NCBI RefSeq assembly: GCF_000026545.1
Contig: NC_011601.1
Source: Escherichia coli O127:H6 str. E2348/69
Lineage (GTDB): Bacteria; Pseudomonadota; Gammaproteobacteria; Enterobacterales; Enterobacteriaceae
Reading direction: 5' to 3' (one strand)
DNA: 64,000 nucleotides
The notes beneath the pieces were generated by a model. The model ran no database searches and was not told the origin of the DNA. It worked only from the letters and a program-made list of their open reading frames with translations. This document shows positions 23,178 to 34,776 of this stretch, in pieces (position 1 is the stretch's first letter; the number at the start of each line of letters is the position of its first letter). The translations under genes and the position numbers were made by a program.

Positions 23178-24227
23178 TTATTGCGCAAAGGGATTTTTCG
23201 TTTCGTATGACGTGTTATAAAGCGCGTCGGAAATTAAATACTGGTAAATATCATCAACAATTTCGATGCCTTCGACGGCGGCTTTGCGTTGTTTAATATC
23301 CTGATCCTGTCCGGGATAATAAACCTGATTAAAACCGGGCGCGGGGGTAATGGTATTTAATTCGCGCATGGTCTGGCTAAGATGTTGACGGAATAATTCG
23401 CTGGAGGAGAAAAAGTTCGGGTTAATAACTATATGTAATTGCCCCAAATTACGCCCGGCGTGTAAATCGTCATACATCGAACTAACCTGTCGCCCGAACG
23501 GTAAGCCGAGTAAGACGCCTGAGAGGACGTCAATCATCATCATCAGGCCATACCCTTTCGGCCCAGCGGCGGGGAGCAGAGCATGTACCGCGAACGGATC
23601 GGTTGTTGGTGCACCGTTTTTATCGACTGCCCAGGTATCCGGGATAGACATATTGCGCGAGCGGGCGTCGAGCACTTTTCCCCATGCCTGTACGGTAGTC
23701 GCCATATCGAAGGTAAGGATCTCATCGCCTTCTCCCGGCGCGGCAAAGGCCAGTGGGTTAGTGCCGTAGTAAATTTCCGCGCCGCCAAACGGCACCACCA
23801 TTGGATCGGACTGGCACAGCGAAATGCCAATCAATCCGGCGCGGGCAGCCTGCTGCACAAAATAAGAGATTGCGCCGCTGTGACCCATCCGGCTGATACC
23901 GACCACCGCAACGCCTTTTTGCTGGGCGGTTTTGATGGCATGTTCCATACCCATTTTCGCCGCGACCTGTCCGGCGGCATTGTCGGCATGTAAAATTGCC
24001 GAGCACGGTCCGGTTTCCTCAAGACGAAACTCCGGTTCGCGGTTGGTGCCGCCTTTTGAAATGCGTTCGGCGTAGTATTCAACGCGCACCGCGCCATGAG
24101 AGTGGATCCCTCTGGCATCGGCGTAAACCAATACTTCAGCCACGGTTGCAGCGTGCTCACGTTTTAACCCAGCCTGGCAGAGTTTATTCTCGATTAGCTG
24201 GTGGAGTGTTTCCCGACTGATTTTCAT
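23178..24227 (-). CDS. allD: Ureidoglycolate dehydrogenase AllD
   Basis: 349-aa ORF, first gene of the allDCE operon, divergent from fdrA. Confidence 0.9.
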   Translation of the reverse strand: MKISRETLHQLIENKLCQAGLKREHAATVAEVLVYADARGIHSHGAVRVEYYAERISKGGTNREPEFRLEETGPCSAILHADNAAGQVAAKMGMEHAIKTAQQKGVAVVGISRMGHSGAISYFVQQAARAGLIGISLCQSDPMVVPFGGAEIYYGTNPLAFAAPGEGDEILTFDMATTVQAWGKVLDARSRNMSIPDTWAVDKNGAPTTDPFAVHALLPAAGPKGYGLMMMIDVLSGVLLGLPFGRQVSSMYDDLHAGRNLGQLHIVINPNFFSSSELFRQHLSQTMRELNTITPAPGFNQVYYPGQDQDIKQRKAAVEGIEIVDDIYQYLISDALYNTSYETKNPFAQ

Positions 24228-24543
24228 CTGTCTTCCTTTTTAACGACGGTGTGAAGCATGACTGCAATTAACATACAGGGAAAATATCTGGATTATGTGA
24301 TCCAGACAGGCAAAAAAATATAGTTAGAATTTATTTGATAATCTTCGTGCTTTTAACCTGGTTTTTAAAACAACCATGCTTATTAAAAAATAACGCGTAA
24401 TAGTCTGGCGGTTATTTGAATTCTTTTGTTAATAATCCACGTGTGATATTCATCACCTTATTTACTCGTTGTCATCGATACCGTAATCGCCACATTAACA
24501 CTGCTCGTGCAATTGCCATGGGTGCAATTTTTAAGGAGTTGTT

Positions 24544-26211
24544 ATGATCCACGCCTTTATTAAAAAAGGGTGTTTTCAGGATTCGGTCAGTTTAATGATT
24601 ATTTCACGAAAACTCAGCGAATCAGAAAATGTTGATGATGTTTCCGTAATGATGGGTACGCCCGCCAATAAAGCGTTATTAGATACTACAGGTTTCTGGC
24701 ATGACGATTTTAATAACGCCACGCCGAACGATATTTGCGTGGCAATTCGTAGCGAAGCGGCGGATGCGGGGATCGCGCAGGCGGTTATGCAGCAGCTTGA
24801 AGAGGCGCTAAAACAACTGGCGCAGGGTTCAGGCAGCAGCCAGGCGTTGACGCAGGTGCGTCGCTGGGACAGTGCCAGTCAGAAATTACCCGATGCCAAT
24901 CTGGCGCTGATTTCAGTGGCTGGTGAGTATGCGGCGGAGCTGGCGAACCAGGCGCTGGATCGCAACCTCAACGTGATGATGTTCTCCGATAACGTCACGC
25001 TGGAAGATGAAATCCAACTTAAAACCCGCGCGCGGGAAAAAGGCTTGCTGGTGATGGGGCCAGACTGCGGTACGTCGATGATTGCCGCCACGCCGCTGGC
25101 TTTTGCTAACGTGATGCCGGAAGGCAACATTGGCGTCATAGGCGCTTCCGGTACCGGGATTCAGGAGCTGTGCTCACAGATTGCGCTGGCAGGGGAGGGA
25201 ATTACTCACGCGATTGGTCTTGGCGGGCGCGATCTCAGCCGTGAAGTGGGCGGCATCAGTGCGCTAACGGCGCTGGAAATGCTCAGTGCAGACGAGAAAA
25301 GCGAAGTGCTGGCATTTGTTTCAAAACCACCTGCCGAAACTGTGCGTCTGAAAATTGTTAATGCCATGAAAGCAACTGGCAAAACGACGGTGGCGCTGTT
25401 TTTAGGTTATACCCCGGCGGTGGCCCGCGACGAGAATGTCTGGTTTGCCTCCTCGCTGGATGAGGCCGCTCGTCTGGCTTGTCTGCTTTCACGCGTCACT
25501 GCGCGACGTAACGCGATAGCGCCTGCCAGCAGCGGATTTATTTGCGGTTTGTATACCGGCGGTACGCTGGCTGCTGAAGCGGCGGGATTACTTGCCGGAC
25601 ACCTTGGCGTGGAAGCCGACGATACCCATCAACATGGCATGATGCTGGACGCCGACGGACATCAGATCCTCGACCTGGGCGATGATTTTTACACCGTCGG
25701 GCGTCCCCATCCGATGATCGACCCGACCTTACGCAACCTGTTAATTGCCGATCTCGGCGCTAAACCGCAAGTGCGCGTGTTGCTGCTTGATGTCGTGATT
25801 GGCTTCGGTGCGACCGCCGATCCTGCCGCCTCGCTGGTGAGCGCCTGGCAAAAAGCCTGTGCCGCGCGTTCAGACAATCAACCACTGTATGCCATTGCCA
25901 CGGTGACAGGCACTGAACGTGACCCGCAATGCCGCGCGCAGCAAATCGCCACGCTGGAAGATGCGGGGATCGCGGTAGTGAGTTCGCTACCGGAAGCCAC
26001 CTTGCTGGCGGCGGCGTTAATTCATCCGCTCTCGCCTGCCACACAGCAACACACACCGTCATTACTGGAAAACGTCGCCGTGATTAACATCGGATTACGC
26101 AGCTTTGCGCTGGAGCTACAAAGCGCCAGCAAACCGGTTGTGCATTACCAATGGTCGCCAGTCGCCGGCGGCAATAAAAAACTGGCTCGTTTATTAGAAC
26201 GTTTGCAATAA
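24544..26211 (+). CDS. fdrA: FdrA (CoA-ligase-like); proposed oxamate carbamoyltransferase subunit
   Basis: 555-aa ORF; succinyl-CoA synthetase-like fold. Confidence 0.85.
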   Translation: MIHAFIKKGCFQDSVSLMIISRKLSESENVDDVSVMMGTPANKALLDTTGFWHDDFNNATPNDICVAIRSEAADAGIAQAVMQQLEEALKQLAQGSGSSQALTQVRRWDSASQKLPDANLALISVAGEYAAELANQALDRNLNVMMFSDNVTLEDEIQLKTRAREKGLLVMGPDCGTSMIAATPLAFANVMPEGNIGVIGASGTGIQELCSQIALAGEGITHAIGLGGRDLSREVGGISALTALEMLSADEKSEVLAFVSKPPAETVRLKIVNAMKATGKTTVALFLGYTPAVARDENVWFASSLDEAARLACLLSRVTARRNAIAPASSGFICGLYTGGTLAAEAAGLLAGHLGVEADDTHQHGMMLDADGHQILDLGDDFYTVGRPHPMIDPTLRNLLIADLGAKPQVRVLLLDVVIGFGATADPAASLVSAWQKACAARSDNQPLYAIATVTGTERDPQCRAQQIATLEDAGIAVVSSLPEATLLAAALIHPLSPATQQHTPSLLENVAVINIGLRSFALELQSASKPVVHYQWSPVAGGNKKLARLLERLQ

Positions 26212-26220
26212 GGGGTTCCC

Positions 26221-27480
26221 ATGTTTACATCAGTGGCGCAAGCCAATGCTGCGGTTATCGAACAAATTCGTCGGGCTCGTCCACACTGGCTGGATGTGCA
26301 ACCGTCTTCTTCACTTATCAGCGAACTAAACAAGGGCAAAACACTGCTTCACGCCGGGCCGCCAATGCGCTGGCAGGAGATGACCGGACCCATGAAAGGT
26401 GCATGTGTGGGCGCATGTCTGTTCGAAGGCTGGGCGAAAGATGAAGCGCAGGCGCTGGCAATACTGGAGCAGGGGGAAGTGAACTTCATTCCTTGTCACC
26501 ATGTGAATGCTGTCGGGCCAATGGGCGGTATTACTTCTGCCAGTATGCCGATGCTGGTGGTCGAGAACGTGACCGACGGCAACCGGGCGTACTGCAACCT
26601 CAACGAAGGTATCGGCAAAGTGATGCGTTTTGGCGCTTACGGCGAAGATGTCCTGACTCGCCATCGCTGGATGCGCGATGTGTTAATGCCAGTATTAAGC
26701 GCGGCGCTGGGGCGCATGGAGCGCGGTATCGATCTCACGGCAATGATGGCGCAGGGCATTACCATGGGCGATGAGTTCCATCAACGCAATATTGCTTCCT
26801 CAGCACTGTTAATGCGTACGCTGGCCCCACAAATTGCTCGCCTCGATCATGATAAACAGCACATTGCGGAAGTGATGGATTTCCTCAGCGTGACCGATCA
26901 GTTCTTCCTCAACCTCGCGATGGCCTACTGCAAGGCGGCGATGGATGCTGGCGCGATGATCCGCGCAGGCAGCATCATTACGGCTATGACCCGCAACGGC
27001 AATATGTTCGGGATTCGGGTAAGCGGGCTGGGTGAACGCTGGTTTACTGCGCCTGTAAACACTCCGCAAGGTCTGTTTTTCACCGGCTTCTCGCAGGAGC
27101 AGGCGAACCCGGATATGGGCGATAGCGCGATTACCGAAACCTTTGGTATCGGAGGTGCGGCAATGATCGCAGCGCCTGGCGTAACGCGCTTTGTCGGTGC
27201 GGGTGGCATGGAAGCGGCCAGAGCGGTATCTGAAGAGATGGCGGAAATTTACCTTGAACGCAATATGCAGTTGCAGATCCCCGGCTGGGATTTCCAGGGT
27301 GCGTGCCTGGGGCTGGACATTCGTCGCGTGGTAGAAACCGGCATTACGCCACTCATCAATACCGGTATCGCCCATAAAGAGGCGGGGATCGGGCAGATTG
27401 GCGCAGGCACCGTGCGGGCACCGCTGGCGTGCTTTGAGCAGGCGCTGGAAGCACTGGCTGAAAGCATGGGGATTGGTTGA
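26221..27480 (+). CDS. ylbE: DUF1116 protein YlbE (uninterrupted)
   Basis: Continuous 419-aa ORF; in K-12 I recall ylbE as frameshifted. Confidence 0.8.
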   Translation: MFTSVAQANAAVIEQIRRARPHWLDVQPSSSLISELNKGKTLLHAGPPMRWQEMTGPMKGACVGACLFEGWAKDEAQALAILEQGEVNFIPCHHVNAVGPMGGITSASMPMLVVENVTDGNRAYCNLNEGIGKVMRFGAYGEDVLTRHRWMRDVLMPVLSAALGRMERGIDLTAMMAQGITMGDEFHQRNIASSALLMRTLAPQIARLDHDKQHIAEVMDFLSVTDQFFLNLAMAYCKAAMDAGAMIRAGSIITAMTRNGNMFGIRVSGLGERWFTAPVNTPQGLFFTGFSQEQANPDMGDSAITETFGIGGAAMIAAPGVTRFVGAGGMEAARAVSEEMAEIYLERNMQLQIPGWDFQGACLGLDIRRVVETGITPLINTGIAHKEAGIGQIGAGTVRAPLACFEQALEALAESMGIG

Positions 27481-27490
27481 GGAACGCACA

Positions 27491-28306
27491 ATGACGATCA
27501 TCCATCCTCTACTTGCCAGCCGTAGCGCACCGAATTATCGCCAGTCCTGGCGGTTAGCGGGAGTGTGGCGGCGGGCGATTAACCTGATGACGGAAAGCGG
27601 CGAACTGTTAACGCTGCATCGTCAGGGGAGTGGTTTCGGCCCCGGCGGATGGGTGCTTCGCCGCGCGCAATTCGATGCGTTATGCGGTGGATTATGCGGC
27701 AATGAACGACCACAGGTTGTGGCACAAGGGATTCGCCTCGGGCGTTTCACGGTTAAACAGCCACAGCGTTATTGTTTGCTACGTATTACGCCGCCTGCGC
27801 ATCCTCAAGCGCTTGCCGTTGCATGGATGCAACGCGCGGAGGAAACCGGGCTTTTCGGGCCACTGGCATTGGCGGCAAGCGATCCGCTGCCTGCTGAATT
27901 ACGCCAGTTTCGTCACTGTTTTCAGGCCGCGCTCAATGGCGTTAAGACCGACTGGCGGCACTGGCTGGGTAAAGGCCCCGGATTAACGCCAAGTCATGAT
28001 GACACGCTGAGCGGAATGCTGCTGGCGGCCTGGTATTATGGCGCTTTAGATGCGCGCTCCGGTCGCCCGTTTTTTGCCTGTTCCGACAATCTTCAACTCG
28101 TTACCACTGCGGTGAGCGTCAGTTATTTACGTTATGCCGCGCAAGGATATTTCGCCTCGCCACTCCTGCACTTTGTTCATGCTCTGAGTTGCCCGAAACG
28201 TACCGCAGCGGCGATCGATTCGCTGCTGGCGCTGGGGCATACGTCAGGGGCCGATACGCTGCTGGGGTTCTGGCTTGGCCAACAATTATTACAAGGAAAA
28301 CCATGA
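27491..28306 (+). CDS. ylbF: DUF2877 protein YlbF
   Basis: ORF 27398..28306; start set at [12 protein letters not shown]; stop overlaps the ybcF start. Confidence 0.8.
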   Translation: MTIIHPLLASRSAPNYRQSWRLAGVWRRAINLMTESGELLTLHRQGSGFGPGGWVLRRAQFDALCGGLCGNERPQVVAQGIRLGRFTVKQPQRYCLLRITPPAHPQALAVAWMQRAEETGLFGPLALAASDPLPAELRQFRHCFQAALNGVKTDWRHWLGKGPGLTPSHDDTLSGMLLAAWYYGALDARSGRPFFACSDNLQLVTTAVSVSYLRYAAQGYFASPLLHFVHALSCPKRTAAAIDSLLALGHTSGADTLLGFWLGQQLLQGKP

Positions 28307-29196
28307 AAACACTGGTTGTGGCTCTTGGGGGCAACGCCTTACTCCAGCGCGGTGAGGCGCTGACGGCAGAAAATCAATATCGCAATATTGCCAGTGCTGT
28401 ACCCGCGCTGGCGCGCCTGGCCCGTTCTTATCGGCTGGCGATTGTTCACGGCAACGGACCGCAGGTGGGGCTGCTGGCGTTACAGAATCTGGCGTGGAAA
28501 GAGGTAGAACCGTATCCGCTGGATGTACTGGTGGCGGAAAGCCAGGGGATGATTGGCTATATGCTGGCGCAGAGCTTGAGCGCACAGCCGCAGATGCCGC
28601 CTGTCACGACGGTGCTGACGCGCATTGAGGTTTCGCCTGATGATCCGGCGTTTTTACAGCCAGAGAAGTTTATCGGTCCGGTTTATCAGCCAGAAGAACA
28701 AGAGGCACTGGAAGCGGCTTACGGCTGGCAGATGAAACGTGATGGTAAATATTTACGCCGGGTGGTGGCGTCTCCGCAACCGCGTAAAATTCTCGACAGC
28801 GAAGCCATCGAGTTGTTGCTCAAAGAGGGGCATGTGGTGATTTGCAGTGGCGGCGGCGGTGTGCCTGTGGCGGAAGACGGGGCAGGGAGTGAAGCGGTGA
28901 TTGATAAAGATCTCGCCGCTGCGTTGCTCGCCGAGCAGATTAATGCCGATGGACTGGTGATCCTCACCGATGCTGATGCGGTATATGAAAACTGGGGAAC
29001 GCCGCAGCAACGTGCCATTCGCCATGCCACACCGGATGAGTTAGCGCCATTTGCCAAAGCCGATGGTTCGATGGGGCCGAAGGTAACGGCGGTGAGTGGC
29101 TATGTCAGAAGCCGTGGTAAACCCGCGTGGATTGGGGCGTTATCGCGGATTGAAGAGACGCTGGCGGGCGAAGCGGGGACTTGTATTTCGCTGTAG
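28303..29196 (+). CDS. ybcF: Carbamate kinase-like protein YbcF
   Basis: ORF 28189..29196; start set at [14 protein letters not shown], the typical amino-acid kinase N-terminus. Confidence 0.85.
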   Translation: MKTLVVALGGNALLQRGEALTAENQYRNIASAVPALARLARSYRLAIVHGNGPQVGLLALQNLAWKEVEPYPLDVLVAESQGMIGYMLAQSLSAQPQMPPVTTVLTRIEVSPDDPAFLQPEKFIGPVYQPEEQEALEAAYGWQMKRDGKYLRRVVASPQPRKILDSEAIELLLKEGHVVICSGGGGVPVAEDGAGSEAVIDKDLAAALLAEQINADGLVILTDADAVYENWGTPQQRAIRHATPDELAPFAKADGSMGPKVTAVSGYVRSRGKPAWIGALSRIEETLAGEAGTCISL

Positions 29197-29226
29197 TGAT
29201 GGGCACCAGGCAATTGGCACATCTAG

Positions 29227-29411
29227 CCTGATGCGATGCTGGCGCGTCTTATCAGGTCTACAGGCGGTGTCGGAACGGTAGGCCGGATAAGGCGTTCACG
29301 CCGCATCCGGCAATCGGCACACCATGCCTGATGCGATGCTGGCGCATCTTATCAGGCCTACAGTCGGTGTTGGAACGGTAGGCCTGATAAGGCGTTCACG
29401 CCGCATGCGGC
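29227..29411. repeat. Tandemly duplicated BIME (four REP elements) between ybcF and purK
   Basis: Unit gcctgatgcgatgctggcgc.tcttatcagg.ctaca...gtaggcc.gataaggcgttcacgccgcatccggca present twice. Confidence 0.8.
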
Positions 29412-29428
29412 AAGAAAATGAGCATCAA

Positions 29429-30496
29429 TTAACTGAACTTACTCTGCGCCCACATCACGCCGCTGGCATACTCCGGCGGCAGCAGTGGGATTAAGGCTTC
29501 CAGCGTCGCGGTCAGACGCGATGTGTCGCTGTCGGTCAAATTCAAATGCCCCACTTTACGGCCCGGACGGACTTCTTTGTCGTACCAGTGCAGATGCACA
29601 AGCGGCAGTTTCAGCCAGTCATAATTCAGATCGCTACCAATCAGATTGATCATCACCGACGGATTATTCACTACTGGTTGCGGTAACGGCAGATCGGTAA
29701 TTGCCCGCAGATGTAGCTCAAACTGGCTGATGCTGGCACCGTTTTGTGTCCAGTGCCCACTGTTATGCACACGCGGAGCCAGTTCGTTGATCAGCAGACC
29801 TTGTGGGGTGACAAAACACTCCATTGCCATCACGCCTACATAGCTCAGCTCCTGCATAATCGCCGACAACATCTCTTCAGCTTGCGCCTGTTGCTGTGCG
29901 TTGGCCTGCGGGAAAGCGACGCTGGTGCGCAAAATGCCGTCCTGATGCAGGTTATGCGTCAGCGGATAAAACACGGTGCTGCCATCAAAACCGCGCGCGC
30001 CAACCAGCGACACTTCACCAGAGAAGTTTATGCCCTGCTCGACAATACATTCGCCGTAGCATTCAGCCGGTAACTGTTCGGTTTCAGCGGCGCGTAAACG
30101 CCATTGACCGCGTCCGTCATAGCCACCAGTGCGGCGCTTAACAATCGCCAGCTCACCTAAACGATCAAACACCGCAGGCCACTCGCTGCGTTCGGCAAGT
30201 AACTGCCACGGTGCGGTCGGCAGGTGGAGTTTATCGAAAAGCTGCTTCTGAGTCAGACGGTCGGCAATAATCGGGAACACATCGCGGTTCACAAAGGCCG
30301 GATGGCGTGCCAGCTCGCGGGTTAATGCGGTTTCCGGCCAGCGTTCGATCTCAGCGGTAATCACGCTTTGTTGAAAAGGCACCGCCGCCGGTTCAGCGTC
30401 CAGCCCGACCGGCCAGACAGCAATGCCTAACGGTTCGCCTGCCTGACGTAGCATACGGCCTAACTGCCCGTTCCCGAGGACGCAAACCTGTTTCAT
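29429..30496 (-). CDS. purK: N5-carboxyaminoimidazole ribonucleotide synthase PurK
   Basis: 355-aa ATP-grasp ORF; start overlaps purE stop. Confidence 0.9.
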   Translation of the reverse strand: MKQVCVLGNGQLGRMLRQAGEPLGIAVWPVGLDAEPAAVPFQQSVITAEIERWPETALTRELARHPAFVNRDVFPIIADRLTQKQLFDKLHLPTAPWQLLAERSEWPAVFDRLGELAIVKRRTGGYDGRGQWRLRAAETEQLPAECYGECIVEQGINFSGEVSLVGARGFDGSTVFYPLTHNLHQDGILRTSVAFPQANAQQQAQAEEMLSAIMQELSYVGVMAMECFVTPQGLLINELAPRVHNSGHWTQNGASISQFELHLRAITDLPLPQPVVNNPSVMINLIGSDLNYDWLKLPLVHLHWYDKEVRPGRKVGHLNLTDSDTSRLTATLEALIPLLPPEYASGVMWAQSKFS

Positions 30497-31002
30497 GCCG
30501 CACCTCGCGGGTCCGGGTTTTCCAGCACTTCATCAGTTTGTGCTTTGCGCCATTCATTCAGACGCTGGTGCAGTTCTTTATCATGAGTCGCAAGAATTTG
30601 TGCTGCCAGTAACGCCGCGTTTGCCGCGCCAGCTTTACCAATCGCCAGCGTACCCACCGGAATGCCGCGCGGCATTTGTACGATGGAGTAGAGGCTATCG
30701 ACACCGCTCAGTGCGGCGCTCTGTACTGGCACGCCCAGCACCGGCACCAGCGTTTTGGCGGCAATCATGCCAGGCAGGTGCGCTGCGCCGCCTGCGCCCG
30801 CAATAATCACCTGATAACCGTTCTCTTCGGCGCTTTCGGCGAAGCTGAACAGTTTATCGGGGGTGCGGTGAGCAGAAACCACTTCAACGTGGTGCGGGAC
30901 ATTCAGGATTTCGAAGATTTCGGCGGCGAACTGCATGGTAGCCCAGTCGCTTTTGGACCCCATCACGATGGCGACACGCGCCGGATTATTGCGGGAAGAC
31001 AT
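30493..31002 (-). CDS. purE: N5-CAIR mutase PurE
   Basis: ORF 30493..31029; start set at [20 protein letters not shown]. Confidence 0.9.
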   Translation of the reverse strand: MSSRNNPARVAIVMGSKSDWATMQFAAEIFEILNVPHHVEVVSAHRTPDKLFSFAESAEENGYQVIIAGAGGAAHLPGMIAAKTLVPVLGVPVQSAALSGVDSLYSIVQMPRGIPVGTLAIGKAGAANAALLAAQILATHDKELHQRLNEWRKAQTDEVLENPDPRGAA

Positions 31003-31119
31003 GCGTCTTAAAACTCCTGTGGTGCACAACTCTCGGCTTTAGAGGGCACAGAGAATAGCACGGAAAGAGAGCAAGGAAAACGGTTGCGTGGCTGTGAAAT
31101 CAGCAAAGTTGCGGGTTTT

Positions 31120-31842
31120 TTAAAACGGGAAATGAATCAGCTCAACGTCATCCGCCGTGACTTTCACCATTGAACCTTCCGTATGCCAGGCACCCAGCAC
31201 GACGCGGAAAGCAGGTTGCTGATTGGCGATAAGTTCATGTACTGCCGGGCGATGGGTATGCCCGTGAATCAGCCATTGCACCTGATGTTTTTCCATCGCA
31301 TTGACCACCGCGTTTTGGTTAACGTCCATGATCGCCAGCGATTTACTGCTGTTGGCTTCTTTGCTGTTCGCTCGCATTCGCGCGGCAATGCGTTTGCGCA
31401 CAAACAACGGCAGGGCGAGAAATAGCGTTTGCAGCCAGGGTTTGTGGACTTTGGCGCGAAAAGCCTGATAACCCGCGTCATCGGTGCACAGCGTGTCGCC
31501 ATGCATAATCAACACCCGACGACCATAAAGTTCGAGCACCTTCTCTTCCGGCAATAACGTCATGCCGCTTTCACGGGCAAAGCGTTTGCCGAGCAGAAAA
31601 TCACGGTTGCCATGAATGAAATAACAGGGAACGCCGGAATCGGACACCGCTTTGATCGCTGCCGCCATCTGGTGATGAAGTGGGTTGGGATCGTCGTCGC
31701 CGATCCAGGCTTCAAACAGATCGCCAAGAATATACAGCGCATCGGCCTTGCGGGCCTCCCCCGCTAAAAAACGCAGAAAACCGGCGGTGATCGCCGGTTC
31801 TTCCACGCAGAGATGAAGATCTGCAATAAAGAGTGTCGCCAC
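31120..31842 (-). CDS. lpxH: UDP-2,3-diacylglucosamine hydrolase LpxH
   Basis: 240-aa calcineurin-like phosphoesterase with DLHL and GNRD motifs. Confidence 0.9.
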   Translation of the reverse strand: MATLFIADLHLCVEEPAITAGFLRFLAGEARKADALYILGDLFEAWIGDDDPNPLHHQMAAAIKAVSDSGVPCYFIHGNRDFLLGKRFARESGMTLLPEEKVLELYGRRVLIMHGDTLCTDDAGYQAFRAKVHKPWLQTLFLALPLFVRKRIAARMRANSKEANSSKSLAIMDVNQNAVVNAMEKHQVQWLIHGHTHRPAVHELIANQQPAFRVVLGAWHTEGSMVKVTADDVELIHFPF

Positions 31843-31844
31843 GA

Positions 31845-32339
31845 TTACTCGCTAACGGTCACGCTTTCAATGATAACGTCTTCTTTTGGCACGTCCTGGT
31901 GCATACCGCTACGACCGGTTGCCACACCTTTGATTTTGTCTACCACGTCCATGCCTTCAACCACTTCAGCAAATACGCAGTAGCCCCAACCTTGCAGGCT
32001 TTCGCCAGAGAAGTTCAGGAAGTCGTTATCAACCACGTTGATGAAGAACTGGGCAGTTGCAGAGTGCGGTGCCTGAGTACGGGCCATTGCCAGCGTACCA
32101 CGGGTATTTTTCAGACCGTTGTTGGCTTCGTTTTTGATCGGGTCTTTGGTGGCTTTTTGTTTCATGCCCGGTTCAAAACCGCCGCCCTGAATCATAAAGC
32201 CGTTGATAACACGGTGGAAAATGGTGTTGTTGTAAAAACCTTCGCGGCAGTAGTCCAGGAAGTTTTTAACTGTTTCAGGTGCTTTATCGTCAAAAGTTTT
32301 GATGACAATATCGCCGTGATTGGTGTGGAAAGTAACCAT
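31845..32339 (-). CDS. ppiB: Peptidyl-prolyl cis-trans isomerase B (cyclophilin)
   Basis: 164-aa cyclophilin ORF immediately upstream of lpxH. Confidence 0.9.
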   Translation of the reverse strand: MVTFHTNHGDIVIKTFDDKAPETVKNFLDYCREGFYNNTIFHRVINGFMIQGGGFEPGMKQKATKDPIKNEANNGLKNTRGTLAMARTQAPHSATAQFFINVVDNDFLNFSGESLQGWGYCVFAEVVEGMDVVDKIKGVATGRSGMHQDVPKEDVIIESVTVSE

Positions 32340-32512
32340 TTTTGCATCCTGTTCCGTTTGATTGGTGCTTCAACCCGGTTCGGGTCATATATAGGGTGGT
32401 GTTATAGCATAACCGCACGATCGGATCATCTCGCAATGTATGCTGATTCGCGCGGGAAATATGGGTATTATACGCAACTCAATTACCCACACATGTCTAA
32501 ACGGAATCTTCG

Positions 32513-33898
32513 ATGCTAAAAATCTTCAATACTCTGACACGCCAAAAAGAGGAATTTAAGCCTATTCACGCCGGGGAAGTCGGCATGTACGTGTGTGGAA
32601 TCACCGTTTACGATCTCTGTCATATCGGTCACGGGCGTACCTTTGTTGCCTTTGACGTGGTTGCGCGCTATCTGCGTTTCCTCGGCTATAAGCTGAAGTA
32701 TGTGCGCAACATTACCGATATCGACGACAAAATCATCAAACGCGCCAATGAAAATGGCGAAAGCTTTGTGGCGCTGGTGGATCGCATGATCGCCGAAATG
32801 CACAAAGATTTTGATGCTTTGAACATTCTGCGCCCGGATATGGAGCCGCGCGCGACGCACCATATCGCCGAAATTATTGAACTCACTGAACAACTGATCG
32901 CCAAAGGTCACGCTTATGTGGCGGACAACGGCGACGTGATGTTCGACGTCCCGACCGATCCGACATATGGCGTGCTGTCGCGTCAGGATCTCGATCAGCT
33001 GCAGGCAGGCGCGCGCGTTGACGTGGTCGACGACAAACGCAACCCGATGGACTTCGTTCTGTGGAAGATGTCGAAAGAGGGCGAACCGAGCTGGCCGTCT
33101 CCGTGGGGCGCGGGTCGTCCTGGCTGGCACATTGAGTGTTCGGCAATGAACTGCAAACAGTTGGGTAACCACTTTGATATCCACGGCGGCGGTTCTGACC
33201 TGATGTTCCCGCACCACGAGAACGAAATTGCCCAGTCCACCTGTGCGCACGATGGCCGGTATGTGAACTACTGGATGCATTCCGGTATGGTGATGGTTGA
33301 CCGCGAGAAGATGTCTAAATCGCTGGGTAACTTCTTCACCGTGCGTGACGTGCTGAAATACTACGATGCGGAAACTGTGCGTTACTTCCTGATGTCGGGT
33401 CACTATCGCAGTCAGTTGAACTACAGCGAAGAGAACCTGAAACAGGCGCGTGCGGCGCTGGAACGTCTCTATACTGCCTTGCGCGGCACAGACAAAACCG
33501 TTGCGCCTGCTGGTGGCGAAGCGTTTGAAGCGCGCTTTATTGAAGCAATGGACGACGATTTCAACACCCCGGAAGCCTATTCCGTGCTGTTTGATATGGC
33601 GCGTGAAGTGAACCGTCTGAAAGCAGAAGATATGGCAGCGGCGAATGCAATGGCGTCTCACCTGCGTAAACTTTCTGCCGTATTGGGCCTGCTGGAGCAA
33701 GAACCGGAAGCGTTCCTGCAAAGCGGTGCGCAGGCAGACGACAGCGAAGTGGCTGAGATTGAAGCGTTAATTCAACAGCGTCTGGATGCCCGTAAAGCGA
33801 AAGACTGGGCGGCGGCAGATGCGGCGCGTGACCGTCTTAACGAGATGGGGATCGTGCTGGAAGATGGCCCGCAAGGGACCACCTGGCGTCGTAAGTAA
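32513..33898 (+). CDS. cysS: Cysteinyl-tRNA synthetase
   Basis: 461-aa class I aaRS with HIGH motif (CHIGHGRT) and KMSKS. Confidence 0.95.
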   Translation: MLKIFNTLTRQKEEFKPIHAGEVGMYVCGITVYDLCHIGHGRTFVAFDVVARYLRFLGYKLKYVRNITDIDDKIIKRANENGESFVALVDRMIAEMHKDFDALNILRPDMEPRATHHIAEIIELTEQLIAKGHAYVADNGDVMFDVPTDPTYGVLSRQDLDQLQAGARVDVVDDKRNPMDFVLWKMSKEGEPSWPSPWGAGRPGWHIECSAMNCKQLGNHFDIHGGGSDLMFPHHENEIAQSTCAHDGRYVNYWMHSGMVMVDREKMSKSLGNFFTVRDVLKYYDAETVRYFLMSGHYRSQLNYSEENLKQARAALERLYTALRGTDKTVAPAGGEAFEARFIEAMDDDFNTPEAYSVLFDMAREVNRLKAEDMAAANAMASHLRKLSAVLGLLEQEPEAFLQSGAQADDSEVAEIEALIQQRLDARKAKDWAAADAARDRLNEMGIVLEDGPQGTTWRRK

Positions 33899-33909
33899 TT
33901 GCGCTATTG

Positions 33910-33933
33910 CCGGATGCGAGTTTTCGCATCCGG
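33910..33933. terminator. GC-rich hairpin between convergent cysS and ybcI
   Basis: gccggatgcg-agtttt-cgcatccgg. Confidence 0.5.
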
Positions 33934-34455
33934 TTATCGTCTGCGCCACCACAACATTCCCATCAGTAGCATCCCCGGCAACCACACCCACATCAATTCA
34001 GAAATAATCACCTGATGCCCGTACAGCGTGGTGTAACGAGACAATGCAAACGGCGCGACTTTAATCACCTGCCAGGGAGCGAAAAAGCGTTCATCTGACC
34101 ACGGCCACAGCCAGCCAACCCCTTTACCGCCAGTGGTTACCGAATCCAGCAAGCTGTGCGATAGCAACGAGACGGTTAAAAACAGCCAGCAGCGAATCAG
34201 CCCAGTCCTGAACCATCGACGCCCAATCAGCACACATAACAGCGGGACAACAAACGCAAACACCAGCGAATGGATAAACCCGCGATGACCAAAAACATTG
34301 CCGTAAGCAACGCCAAATTTAAACGACAAGACGTCGGCATCGGGCAGCATCGCCAGGATGATTCCGGCAAATAACAGACGCGGAGGGATGGCTTTCGAAC
34401 CCAACCCTAAACCAATGCATAGGAGAACGGCGGCGTGCGTAATAACGGTTGGCAT
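33934..34455 (-). CDS. ybcI: Inner-membrane metal-dependent hydrolase family protein YbcI
   Basis: 173-aa hydrophobic ORF at the ybcI position. Confidence 0.8.
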   Translation of the reverse strand: MPTVITHAAVLLCIGLGLGSKAIPPRLLFAGIILAMLPDADVLSFKFGVAYGNVFGHRGFIHSLVFAFVVPLLCVLIGRRWFRTGLIRCWLFLTVSLLSHSLLDSVTTGGKGVGWLWPWSDERFFAPWQVIKVAPFALSRYTTLYGHQVIISELMWVWLPGMLLMGMLWWRRR

Positions 34456-34562
34456 GATGGTCGCTTCGGCAAAATGTCGATGCTATCAGCATGGATGAAC
34501 GGGGCGTAGAGGGCAAAAGTCTGAAAAGAGAACCGGCCTGTTGATACAGGCCGGGAAAGGGA

Positions 34563-34775
34563 TCAGGCAACAACCTGTACGCTGTGACCTGCAAAACTCA
34601 CTGTCTGACCGGCGACGATTTTGCAGCGTTTACGCGTTTCAACCGCACCGTCGACTTTCACCTGGCCTTCTGCTATCGCGATTTTCGCCTGCGCGCCGCT
34701 TTCGCTCCAGCCTTCCAGTTTCAGCAAGTCGCACAGCTCAACGTGCGGATGTTTACCTAAAGAAAATGTCGCCAT
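34563..34775 (-). CDS. ybcJ: S4-like RNA-binding protein YbcJ
   Basis: ORF 34563..34829; start set at MATFSLGKHPHVEL (70 aa); start overlaps folD stop. Confidence 0.8.
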   Translation of the reverse strand: MATFSLGKHPHVELCDLLKLEGWSESGAQAKIAIAEGQVKVDGAVETRKRCKIVAGQTVSFAGHSVQVVA

Positions 34776-34776
34776 G

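Noticed and set aside
26809..27501. 230-aa minus-strand ORF inside ylbE
   Set aside because: Antisense to ylbE; no start context and no recognisable domain.
31833..32519. 228-aa plus-strand ORF across ppiB
   Set aside because: Antisense to the well-conserved cyclophilin gene.
32516..33721. 401-aa ORF on the minus strand inside cysS
   Set aside because: Fully antisense to a highly conserved aaRS gene; its Arg/His-rich, low-complexity translation is typical of stop-free antisense frames in GC-rich coding DNA.
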